A stretch of 39,092 nucleotides of DNA from a virus (taxonomy: Duplodnaviria; Caudoviricetes): IMG/VR virus record IMGVR_UViG_3300032373_001168, positions 1 through 39,092 of that record; one strand, written 5' to 3'. Below the pieces are notes generated by a model. It saw only the letters and a program-made list of their open reading frames with translations. It was not told where the DNA came from and ran no database searches. The position numbers were made by a program, and so were the translations under genes. This document shows, one piece after another, positions 28,759-36,999 of this stretch (the first letter of the stretch is position 1; each line of letters opens with the position of its first letter).

Positions 28759-29070
28759 GTGCCTGCGGAGATGACACCAATGACTAAAAGACTTAATGGG
28801 AGAAAGATCGTGACAGCTAATGAAAAACATGATCGGAAAGAAAAAGTGTTGACCGCAGACTTTACCGAAGTCAGCTTAAACACCGAGGCAACAGGTCACA
28901 ACGAGCGTATTGTTATACGCCAGGTTCTTGAGAAAGAAATACGGTCGTACTCCCGTAGCGTTGAGCGAAATGCGAAGAACGAAGCATACAGCGCCGCTGC
29001 TAGCGATGATTTAATTAGGCGAGGAATTAGCCACGCGCTGTTCGTCCTTAATCAAAAGTGTGGTGTATAA
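28759..29070 (+). CDS. Hypothetical protein
   Basis: ORF in operon orientation; start uncertain (28771 or 28780 possible). Confidence 0.55.
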   Translation: MPAEMTPMTKRLNGRKIVTANEKHDRKEKVLTADFTEVSLNTEATGHNERIVIRQVLEKEIRSYSRSVERNAKNEAYSAAASDDLIRRGISHALFVLNQKCGV

Positions 29071-29105
29071 GCACCCGACTCATTAATTAAGGAATCTGCA
29101 ATAAG

Positions 29106-29573
29106 ATGCCAAGCAAACCATCACCCACACGCCTGCGCTATAACAAGCTGATCTTCGCTGGTCTTAAGGCGCTGTCGTGGTCTAAAGACGGGGCGCAGTT
29201 TCAGGGCTTATTACAGGGCGCTGGAGCCAGCAAGAAAGCGGATGGCAGTTTCTCTATGTCGTCGCTTGGGGTGGCTAAGTTGATGATGATATTTGATGCG
29301 TTGAAGAAGGCTGGTTTTAAACCTAAATCCAAAAGCGCCGCGAGCGGCGCATCTGACTGGCGCAAGCCTCGCATCGATAAGATCACCGCCATCTGGATTC
29401 AGCTGCATGATGAAGGTGTGATGTTCGATCGCAGTGAAAAAGCGATGATGAAATTCTGCGCTGCAATTACAGGCAAAGCCAAGTTACAGTGGGTGACATC
29501 CCATGACCTGAATCGCTGCATTGAAGTGCTGAAAGATAAGGCCAAACACGCCGGGGTCAAACTGCGTGACTGA
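29106..29573 (+). CDS. gemA: GemA/gp16 (DUF1018)-like protein
   Basis: LKKAGFKPK...KITAIW..L...IEVLK pattern; directly upstream of mor. Confidence 0.85.
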   Translation: MPSKPSPTRLRYNKLIFAGLKALSWSKDGAQFQGLLQGAGASKKADGSFSMSSLGVAKLMMIFDALKKAGFKPKSKSAASGASDWRKPRIDKITAIWIQLHDEGVMFDRSEKAMMKFCAAITGKAKLQWVTSHDLNRCIEVLKDKAKHAGVKLRD

Positions 29574-29982
29574 TATGGATCTCATCAATCCTGACCTTCT
29601 GCCACCACAGGCGCGTACGATTGCCAGATTGATCGGTGTGGATGAAATGATTGTGCTGTTAAGTAAGCGTGGTGGCACTCAGTTGCGTGTGCCTGTGCAT
29701 GTCGACCGCTGCGTGGTGTTGAAAGAGTTTCTTAAGCCTGAGTCTATTGAATTACTGGTAAAACATTTTGCTGATGAACGACTGGAATTACCCAAGGCTG
29801 ATAAGGCACTGCAGCAGCTGCGCGATATTGCGATCGGCAATGCTTTAAAACAAAAGACAGCCCCGGAAGTGGCTCTGCAATTCAACTTGTCGCGCCAGTG
29901 GGTTTTTGCTATTAAACGCAAGCAGAAACAAGAAAGCCAGAACATGGATCTGTTCGACGGGCTTGACAGCAACACCAACTAA
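29566..29982 (+). CDS. mor: Mor/C-family transcription activator
   Basis: LLP....IARLIG...GGTQLRVP...RDIAI...VALQFNLSRQWVFAI. Confidence 0.9.
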   Translation: MTDMDLINPDLLPPQARTIARLIGVDEMIVLLSKRGGTQLRVPVHVDRCVVLKEFLKPESIELLVKHFADERLELPKADKALQQLRDIAIGNALKQKTAPEVALQFNLSRQWVFAIKRKQKQESQNMDLFDGLDSNTN

Positions 29983-30017
29983 GCTCAACCTGTTACCGCT
30001 CACCCCATCTGCTAAAG

Positions 30018-30064
30018 CGTAAAAAGCTTTACGCCTACTTCAAACACCCTGCATCAGCCATGCT
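30018..30064 (+). promoter_or_regulatory. Activator-dependent late promoter for the lysis-packaging operon
   Basis: CGTAAA-AAGC-TTTACG, 25 bp, CATGCT, 6 bp, ATG at 30071. Confidence 0.8.
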
Positions 30065-30070
30065 TCGTTC

Positions 30071-30247
30071 ATGGCAATTCACACCAACAAAAGACCACGT
30101 CACTTCGCTGCGGACATTATCGCGTTGCCGTCTCGCGATGCTCGTAAACAAGCCTTGGCTGCTGTGCCTGAACATTGGCAGGGTTTGGTGTGTGAACATG
30201 TGACCAGTCATTTTGCCCTGACGAAGTCTTGCGGGGTGGCAGCGTGA
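30071..30247 (+). CDS. Small phage protein (58 aa, absent from the ORF track), probably leaderless
   Basis: Manual translation MAIHTNKRPRHFAADIIALPSRDARKQALAAVPEHWQGLVCEHVTSHFALTKSCGVAA; GTGA overlap with the endolysin. Confidence 0.75.
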   Translation: MAIHTNKRPRHFAADIIALPSRDARKQALAAVPEHWQGLVCEHVTSHFALTKSCGVAA

Positions 30248-30759
30248 GAAATCGCATTCGCCTAACCAACAACTTCTACCTTGATGAGTTCACACGTTCG
30301 GATAATGCCGCGCGGCATGATATCGAAATACTGGTTGGCAAAAATACTGAGGTCTACGACAACCTGCTGTTGTTGTGTCGCTTTGTATTACAGCCGCTGC
30401 GTGATGCCTTGGGGCCGGTGCATCTTATCTCTGGTTATCGCCCGCCTAAAGTAAACCGCCTGGCCAGGGGTTCAAGAACATCCGCCCATCTATATGGTCT
30501 TGCTGCTGACATTGTAGTAACAGGCTATACGCCAGAACAGGTTGCCAACTGGATTCGCAACAACATTCCTGAATTTGATCAGGTCATTCTTGAGTATGGC
30601 CAGTGGGTGCATGTGGCGATCAACCCCAAGGCTGAAAAACCACGCCGTCAGGCATTAACGGCGGTCAAGGTTAAGCGTCTATTCCTCAAGCCCAAAACCG
30701 TTTATCTGACGGGTCTGCATTCGGCTAATGATGCGCGCGAATTGGCGGGGGCTGCTTGA
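30244..30759 (+). CDS. Endolysin, peptidase M15 family
   Basis: NFYLDEF, SGYRP, SAHLYGLAAD and WVHVA motifs; GTG start coupled to the upstream stop. Confidence 0.93.
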   Translation: MRNRIRLTNNFYLDEFTRSDNAARHDIEILVGKNTEVYDNLLLLCRFVLQPLRDALGPVHLISGYRPPKVNRLARGSRTSAHLYGLAADIVVTGYTPEQVANWIRNNIPEFDQVILEYGQWVHVAINPKAEKPRRQALTAVKVKRLFLKPKTVYLTGLHSANDARELAGAA

Positions 30760-30875
30760 TGTTTTCGATGCTGGTTGAAGCTGTTGTGATTTCTTTCTGT
30801 GTTGGTGGCGCTGTTGGTTCTGTCATCACACTTCATCTTGCCCGCAAGGGTATTAACAAAAGGAGTAACAAGTAA
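30759..30875 (+). CDS. Small single-TM protein (38 aa, absent from the ORF track)
   Basis: MFSMLVEAVVISFCVGGAVGSVITLHLARKGINKRSNK; coupled at both ends (TGATG, TAATG). Confidence 0.65.
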   Translation: MFSMLVEAVVISFCVGGAVGSVITLHLARKGINKRSNK

Positions 30876-31450
30876 TGAAACGACTGTTAGTTGGTGCCTT
30901 TACGGCGCTTGCAATGATGGGGTGTGGCCAATCGTTTGCGCTGAACATGACTCAGTTTTCAGCTGGACTGGCAACGCTGAATGAACAATACGACAAGACA
31001 GCTGCGATGATTGCCAGCCATGCGGATGAGTTCAATGAATCTGAACTGACACAGTTGAATGTTACTGCTCAACATATTCAAGGCCTACGTGAGGCGGCAT
31101 ATGTATTTGTGGCTGATAGCGGTGGTGTGACCCAGGCGCTGATTCACGTTGACCAGGTGCGAATGCTGTATGAATCGGCTCGATCGGCCTATGGGTCTGC
31201 ACGTTATGTGATCTGCCCAGAGGTGATGCCTGATGTTCCATTAATAGCGAATGATTGCGCCCGTTTAAAGGCAATGCCTGAGCATGAGCAGCATGCGGTG
31301 GAGGCCTTTGATCAGCAGGCACGACAAACCCGGCAAGCACTTGAAGGCTTGTTGAATTCACCAAGTGGCACGGACATTACTCAGGCTGTTTCTGATGTGT
31401 TGACCATCGGCGCTACGGCGGCGCGTGTCGCTCGGTTGGGAATGCTCTGA
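30875..31450 (+). CDS. Lipoprotein in the lysis cassette (possible spanin component)
   Basis: Signal peptide with lipobox-like MMGC; helical body; AGGAG RBS. Confidence 0.7.
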   Translation: MKRLLVGAFTALAMMGCGQSFALNMTQFSAGLATLNEQYDKTAAMIASHADEFNESELTQLNVTAQHIQGLREAAYVFVADSGGVTQALIHVDQVRMLYESARSAYGSARYVICPEVMPDVPLIANDCARLKAMPEHEQHAVEAFDQQARQTRQALEGLLNSPSGTDITQAVSDVLTIGATAARVARLGML

Positions 31451-31959
31451 TGCAGTATGCCGAAATGCGCCAAGTTGCCCACACTGGCGACGTGCTGCTG
31501 GTCGAGGGGCAAGGCTGGGTTAGCCGGTTGATCCGCATGTTGACTGGCCAGAATATATCGCATGTAGCGGTGTTGGTGTGGTTCGGCAATACGTTGTGGG
31601 TAGCTGAGATGAAGGAATTTTTCGGCTACCGCTTGCGCCCGGCATCGTTGTGGGTGGAAGACACCCTGCCTGGTGCGGTTGTCTATTACGGCGAGGCACC
31701 TGTGATTGTGCAAACAGCCGGTGATGACATGGACTCTTTCAGCGTGATTACGTCCTATCGCAACCGCCGCTATTCATATCGGTCATTGTTTCTCGTCTGG
31801 TGGGCACAGGTGCGCCGCAAGAAGATTGAATCTGGCCTGGTGTGCAGCACCTTTGTACAAAAGGTTTGGGAGTCGTGCGGGAAGAAGTTTAATCAAACAG
31901 CTGACCCTGGTGACTACATGCGGCTGTGTCAAACGACTACACCACTGAGGGGGATGTAA
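31450..31959 (+). CDS. Permuted papain-like NlpC/P60 (YiiX/YaeF-like) protein
   Basis: GDVLL...SHVAV (His first) ...VCSTFV (Cys later) arrangement. Confidence 0.82.
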   Translation: MQYAEMRQVAHTGDVLLVEGQGWVSRLIRMLTGQNISHVAVLVWFGNTLWVAEMKEFFGYRLRPASLWVEDTLPGAVVYYGEAPVIVQTAGDDMDSFSVITSYRNRRYSYRSLFLVWWAQVRRKKIESGLVCSTFVQKVWESCGKKFNQTADPGDYMRLCQTTTPLRGM

Positions 31960-31961
31960 GA

Positions 31962-32216
31962 GTGGAAACCGTTCAAAAGTTTGCTGATCCAATTGATGCT
32001 GCGAATGATCTGGCTGAGCGACAAAATCAGTCTGCCATCGATAAAGCATTAGCAGCCGCCAAGCCAGACGCTGAAGCCGTGATGATTGATGGGGTGGCCT
32101 GTTGTTGTGATTGCCATGACCCTATTCTTGCAGCGCGGCTGGATGCTAAGCCGGATGTTTGTCGATGTATTGAGTGCCAGTCGGTTCATGATGCAAGGAG
32201 TGTGAAACGTGGCTAG
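31962..32216 (+). CDS. TraR/DksA C4 zinc-finger protein
   Basis: ADPIDAA; CCDC..I..ARL.A.P...RCIECQ. Confidence 0.9.
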   Translation: METVQKFADPIDAANDLAERQNQSAIDKALAAAKPDAEAVMIDGVACCCDCHDPILAARLDAKPDVCRCIECQSVHDARSVKRG

Positions 32217-32448
32217 TAACGAAGATGTTTTGTTAGCAATAGGCGAACTAAAGGGCGAAGTCTCTGGCATTAAAACCATGCAAAAATCACAAGGTGACAT
32301 GATTACCAGGATTGATGATCGTGTTCATAAGAACTCTGTTGATGGTGCTAAAGCCGGTGCAAAGTACGGCGCTGCTGCCAGTGTATTCGTTAGCGTGGGT
32401 GTAACCATGCTGACTGAATCTATTAAAAACGCTGTGAAGAACGGCTGA
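32209..32448 (+). CDS. Small coiled-coil protein with a C-terminal hydrophobic segment
   Basis: 79 aa; AGGAG RBS; located before TerS. Confidence 0.7.
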   Translation: MASNEDVLLAIGELKGEVSGIKTMQKSQGDMITRIDDRVHKNSVDGAKAGAKYGAAASVFVSVGVTMLTESIKNAVKNG

Positions 32449-32453
32449 TACGA

Positions 32454-32951
32454 ATGGCTCATAGTCAGGAAACAAAAAGTGCCGTCAGAGCTAGTTATGT
32501 TCGTGACCGCCTGCCCCTGGAACAGGTTGCCGAGAAGCATGGCATTAGCTATGCCACTGTTCGTAGCTGGAAGCGAAAGGCCAAAGAGGCTGGCGACTGC
32601 TGGGAAAAGGCGCGCGTGGCATCACGCATGGCCAACGGCACCTTCGGTGACATTACCACCGAGCTGCTCGAAGATCTGACGCTGTTATTCCAGACAACCA
32701 TTACAGACATTAAAGATAAAGACATCAGCCCGCTGCAAAAGGTTGAGGCTATTAGCAAGTTAAGTGATGCCTATTCCAAAACCATTAAGGCAGCCGGTGG
32801 TGGTGATCAGAAGATTGCCAAGCTGGCGATTGCTATGCAGGTGCTGGAAGAGTTGGCCAAGTTTATTCGTGAGGGATACCCGGAGCAGCTTGAAGTATTT
32901 GCCGCGATTCTTGAGCCGTTTGGGCAGAGGGTTAGTGAGGTGTTTGGGTGA
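32454..32951 (+). CDS. Terminase small subunit candidate (DUF1804-like)
   Basis: MAHSQETKSAVRASYV...TVRSWKR...GDCWEKAR; EILEPFG-like C-terminus. Confidence 0.88.
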   Translation: MAHSQETKSAVRASYVRDRLPLEQVAEKHGISYATVRSWKRKAKEAGDCWEKARVASRMANGTFGDITTELLEDLTLLFQTTITDIKDKDISPLQKVEAISKLSDAYSKTIKAAGGGDQKIAKLAIAMQVLEELAKFIREGYPEQLEVFAAILEPFGQRVSEVFG

Positions 32952-33124
32952 GCCTAATAATCACACTGCTCGTTACTGCCTGGTTTGCTGGCGGGATTCT
33001 TTGTTTTGTTGTGCTAGACATCATCAGAAATGACTCTTTGAATGCTTTAGAAATAGTCGCTGTCTTCTTCTTATGGCCATTCATAGTTCTATGGATGTTT
33101 TTTGATAAACCATCTCGCAGGTGA
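32948..33124 (+). CDS. Two-TM small membrane protein (58 aa, absent from the ORF track)
   Basis: MSLIITLLVTAWFAGGILCFVVLDIIRNDSLNALEIVAVFFLWPFIVLWMFFDKPSRR; GTGA coupling; GAGGTG RBS. Confidence 0.65.
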   Translation: MSLIITLLVTAWFAGGILCFVVLDIIRNDSLNALEIVAVFFLWPFIVLWMFFDKPSRR

Positions 33125-33127
33125 TGA

Positions 33128-33226
33128 ATGTTTCCTGAACCACCATCAGATGTTGAAGAGCTTGTTTATAGTGCTGCTTTGGTGCTGACCATTATTTATG
33201 GCGCGGTGTCGGAGTTGTTTTTTTAA
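33128..33226 (+). CDS. Small hydrophobic peptide (32 aa, absent from the ORF track)
   Basis: MFPEPPSDVEELVYSAALVLTIIYGAVSELFF; AGGTG RBS; TAATG coupling to TerL. Confidence 0.5.
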   Translation: MFPEPPSDVEELVYSAALVLTIIYGAVSELFF

Positions 33227-34962
33227 TGGCTGATCTATCAGAAAAACAGTTTTTAACTGATCTCGCTGAGCTTGCAGTTGACCTGCAACGGGAGATCGAG
33301 GCGAAGAAGCTCGGGCTTGATGTTTCTAAGCAGGCAATCCGTGATCGGCGTAAACGAGTGCTGGATGAGCAGGACTTTTGGTTTTTTGCTACCACCTACT
33401 TTCCTCATCATGTTTGGGGGCCACCATCAAAGTTTCAGAAGCATTTTAGCGCGCGTTTTCCGCAGTTGATTAGCGGTGATAACGGTTGCCGGGAATGGTG
33501 GGTGGCTCCGCGTGGTGAAACCAAGTCGACGCTGCTGACTAAGATCGGGCCTGTGTGGATTGTGGTGCAAGGCTTGCTGCAAGATGCCAGGGTGCGGGCT
33601 GAATTGAATCTGACAGGCGACAAACCGTCATTCAATGATTACATCGTCTTTCTTGGTGCCGAGACAAAGATGCCGACCAAGTTGCTGGAGGTGGTTAAAA
33701 CCGAACTCACCTGTAATAGCAATTTGAAAATGGATTTTCCTGAGGTGTGTGGTCGTGGCAATCCGTGGCGCGTGGGTGATGCTGTTACCAAGAACGGTGT
33801 GAAGTTGGAGCCGTTTGGTGCTGAGCAGGCGATTCGCGGTACCTTCCACGGCGCATCTCGACCCAAGGTGTTGTTGGGCGATGATCTGATTACAGATAAA
33901 GAGGCGAAGAGTCCGACCGAGCGTGAGACCCGCTGGAACTGGCTGGAAAAGGCGGTCGATTATCTCGGCCCACCGGATGGTTCTGTTCGATATTTGGGTG
34001 TCGGTACCATCCTCAATAGTGATGATCCTATCAGTCGTGCCAAAAACACGGTTGGTCATATTGTGCATCACTTCAAAGCTATCGAGCGTCTGCCTGATCA
34101 CATGGACTTGTGGGAGCGCTGCGAGGAGTTAATGCGCAACGATGATAAACGTGAGACCGAAAAAGCCACTAAGGCTGGTAAGACCATCACCAACGAAGAC
34201 CTGCCATCTTATAAGTTTTATTTGAAACACGAACGCAAGATGAATAAAGGTGCTGTGACCTCTTGGCCGGAAGTGCGAACGCTTTATTGGTTGATGCGCC
34301 AACGGGCCAAAAATGCTCGCGCCTTTGGTACCGAGATGCAGGGTGAGGCCCGTAACGATGAGGATGCGGTGTTTACCGACATTCAATACTTTGTACATAT
34401 CTTGCACCACTGGCGTTATTACGGTGGCTGCGATCCGTCGATGGGCAAAGGTGAAACATCAGACCCCAGTGCGTTGGTGGTGGGTGCCTACTGTTTGGAG
34501 CTTAGAAAGCTTCATGTAATAGAGGCTGTTATTAAACGCAGGGTGCCGAGCAAGCTGCTGGCTGACCTGATTTCTATGCAGCTGGAATATAACTGCGTTG
34601 CCTGGGGTTTTGAAGTAAACAATGCCTATGAACACATGCGTACTAGCTTTATTGATAACGCAGTGGAAAAGAAAGTGCATTTACCTCTGGTGGGCGTAAC
34701 AACAACCGTCGCAAAAGAGGTGCGGATTGATTCTCTGGAGCCGGTGATCAATGGCTTTGAGGCCAAGATTCTTTTTCATGCCCGGCTGACTCGACTGCTG
34801 TCTGAACTGACTAATTGGCCAGAACCACAAACCGACCACCACTACGACGGCCTAGATGCACTGCACATCCTATACATGACCGCAGTCAGTCGTGCTGGTG
34901 GCACACCAAAAGTTCATACGCGCCGTGTCGGCCGCGCACCTATTCGAGGTTACGATGGATAA
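33226..34962 (+). CDS. Terminase large subunit
   Basis: APRGETKST, RPKVLLGDDL, GCDPSMG and HYDGLDAL motifs. Confidence 0.95.
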   Translation: MADLSEKQFLTDLAELAVDLQREIEAKKLGLDVSKQAIRDRRKRVLDEQDFWFFATTYFPHHVWGPPSKFQKHFSARFPQLISGDNGCREWWVAPRGETKSTLLTKIGPVWIVVQGLLQDARVRAELNLTGDKPSFNDYIVFLGAETKMPTKLLEVVKTELTCNSNLKMDFPEVCGRGNPWRVGDAVTKNGVKLEPFGAEQAIRGTFHGASRPKVLLGDDLITDKEAKSPTERETRWNWLEKAVDYLGPPDGSVRYLGVGTILNSDDPISRAKNTVGHIVHHFKAIERLPDHMDLWERCEELMRNDDKRETEKATKAGKTITNEDLPSYKFYLKHERKMNKGAVTSWPEVRTLYWLMRQRAKNARAFGTEMQGEARNDEDAVFTDIQYFVHILHHWRYYGGCDPSMGKGETSDPSALVVGAYCLELRKLHVIEAVIKRRVPSKLLADLISMQLEYNCVAWGFEVNNAYEHMRTSFIDNAVEKKVHLPLVGVTTTVAKEVRIDSLEPVINGFEAKILFHARLTRLLSELTNWPEPQTDHHYDGLDALHILYMTAVSRAGGTPKVHTRRVGRAPIRGYDG

Positions 34963-36472
34963 TTCAGATATTAAAAAAGCCGCTGGCAAGAAGAAGGCGT
35001 TAACGTCTGAGATTGCCAGTCGACACACTGACCCCAATTTTTATGGGGCGCTGTCTTTTCTGCCTAACCCGGACACGGTGCTGCGTCGGTTGGGTAAATC
35101 ACACGAAGCCTTTGATGCGATCTTTAGTGATGCCCATGTGCTGGGTGAGCTGCGCTCTGTGCGCTCTGGTTTGTTGGGTTTTGAATATCGGGTGCAGGCT
35201 GGTGGTGAGACCCCGGCAGATATGCGCGCCCATGAGCTATGTGAAAAATATATGAAACAGAGGCCTGCACCTGGTATGCGTTGGCCGGATGTGCTGTGGA
35301 ATATTGCTACGGGCGTGTTTTATGGCTATCGAGCACATGAGGTGGTGTGGGAAAAGCAGGATGGATTTTTGATGCCGGGCAAGCTGCTTGATCGTCCTAA
35401 CCGGCGTTTTTGTTTTGGCATTGATAATGAGCTGCGCCTGAAGACGCGTGCTAACTCGATGAACGGCGAGCCGGTTGGCGATCGCAAATTTCTTGTTAGT
35501 CGGCACATGCCTAGTGCTGAGAATCCTTATGGGGTGGCAGTATTTAGCAGCTGCTTTTGGCCCTATACATTTAAGCATGGCGGCTTTAAGTACTTCGTTA
35601 AATTCTGCGAAAAATATGGCATTCCGTGGGCGATCGGAAAACATCCACGCGGCACACCTGAGCCTGAGATCAACAACCTGGTGGACGCCCTGGCCAACAT
35701 GGTGGAAGACGGTGTGGCGGCGATTCCTGATGATGGCTCGGTTGAGTTGCTGTCGTCTAAAAGTAATGGTCAATTGCCGCAAGAGCGTTTGATTCAGGCT
35801 TGTAATAGCGAGATGTCTAAAGCGCTGACCAGCCAAACCTTGGCGACTGAGATTCAAGGCGAAGGGTCACGCGCTGCGGCGGAGACACATCGCGGCCGCG
35901 AGCAAGGGGTGCAGGAGTCTGATCGTGAGATTGTTTGCGATGTGATGAATGAGTTGTTTGCCTGGATTACTGAGATCAATATCGCCGGGGCTGTGCCACC
36001 GACCTTTGAGTTTTATGAAGAGGAAGAGGTGCAGATCAGCACTGCTGAGTTTATCGCTAAGGCGCGTGAGTCGGTGGATGTTCCCAAGGCGTGGGCACAT
36101 AACAAAATGCAGATACCTATTCCCGAAGAAGGTGAAGAGGTGTTGTCGCGCACGGGTGATGCTCCGGCTGCTATTCCACCTATTGGGCCGCCTGAGTTTA
36201 ATGGCCATAACTGCCCTAAATGCAGTCATGACTTTGCTGCTGGTGAGGATGATATTGATCGCTTGGCTGGGCAAGCTGCTGACGATGCTGGTGCCCTGGT
36301 TGCTGATATGGCCGCGCCGATCCGGCAGTTGTTGGATGAGTCTGAAACGCTGATGGAGTTTCGTGATGGGCTGGTGAAGATGTATCCGGCCATTGATGAT
36401 CAGCGGCTGGGTGAGCTGAGTGAGCAGGCGTTGTTGGTGGGGTTGTTGAAGGGGGTGAGTGATGCTCAATGA
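34955..36472 (+). CDS. Portal protein (DUF935, Mu gp29-like)
   Basis: LPNPDTVL, NPYG, FCEKYGIPW, SKALTSQTL and SRAAAETH motifs; likely start at ATG 34955. Confidence 0.95.
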   Translation: MDNSDIKKAAGKKKALTSEIASRHTDPNFYGALSFLPNPDTVLRRLGKSHEAFDAIFSDAHVLGELRSVRSGLLGFEYRVQAGGETPADMRAHELCEKYMKQRPAPGMRWPDVLWNIATGVFYGYRAHEVVWEKQDGFLMPGKLLDRPNRRFCFGIDNELRLKTRANSMNGEPVGDRKFLVSRHMPSAENPYGVAVFSSCFWPYTFKHGGFKYFVKFCEKYGIPWAIGKHPRGTPEPEINNLVDALANMVEDGVAAIPDDGSVELLSSKSNGQLPQERLIQACNSEMSKALTSQTLATEIQGEGSRAAAETHRGREQGVQESDREIVCDVMNELFAWITEINIAGAVPPTFEFYEEEEVQISTAEFIAKARESVDVPKAWAHNKMQIPIPEEGEEVLSRTGDAPAAIPPIGPPEFNGHNCPKCSHDFAAGEDDIDRLAGQAADDAGALVADMAAPIRQLLDESETLMEFRDGLVKMYPAIDDQRLGELSEQALLVGLLKGVSDAQ

Positions 36473-36486
36473 AATAGCTTACAGGC

Positions 36487-36768
36487 ATGAACGGAGCCAA
36501 TAAAGTGGACAGAAAAGTGACCGAACGTGATTTCCGTAGACCAGAGTTTAGAGACTCAGACCCTAGTGACTATGAGTTTCGTGGTGACGGGAAAATAGTT
36601 AGAAAAGATCGCTGGGAAACCGGAATACGTAGGGTGCAGTTTGCTTTGGGGATGAACACTAGAGAGTTTGAGATCGACGATGTTGTGAATGCCGTTAAAG
36701 CTTTGGTGGCGCAATATCCAAATATTGATGACGAAGAGGAGCACAGTAATGAAAGACCAGCACACTAA
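36487..36768 (+). CDS. Hypothetical protein
   Basis: 93 aa charged ORF inserted between the portal and acb2 genes. Confidence 0.7.
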   Translation: MNGANKVDRKVTERDFRRPEFRDSDPSDYEFRGDGKIVRKDRWETGIRRVQFALGMNTREFEIDDVVNAVKALVAQYPNIDDEEEHSNERPAH

Positions 36769-36994
36769 AATCAAGGGCTACCGCGATTTAAGCCAGGAAG
36801 AAATTGACCTTATGAATGAAGGCAAGGCACTGGCTGAAAAATGCGGTGAGTTTGTTGAGAAGCTTCAGAAAGCAGAGTTTGCCCAGTTTGAAGAAATGAA
36901 ACCCGATCATCGCTGGTTAGCAATCGGCAAGACTCATTTGCAACAAGGTTTCATGGCGGTAATTCGCTCTGTTGCCAAGCCAACTACGTTTTAA
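36749..36994 (+). CDS. acb2: Anti-CBASS protein Acb2-like cyclic-nucleotide sponge
   Basis: QHTKIKGYRDLSQEEIDLMN...RWLAIGKT.LQ.G.MA.IR..A.P..F closely follows the Acb2 pattern; GAGGAG RBS. Confidence 0.9.
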   Translation: MKDQHTKIKGYRDLSQEEIDLMNEGKALAEKCGEFVEKLQKAEFAQFEEMKPDHRWLAIGKTHLQQGFMAVIRSVAKPTTF

Positions 36995-36999
36995 CCTGA

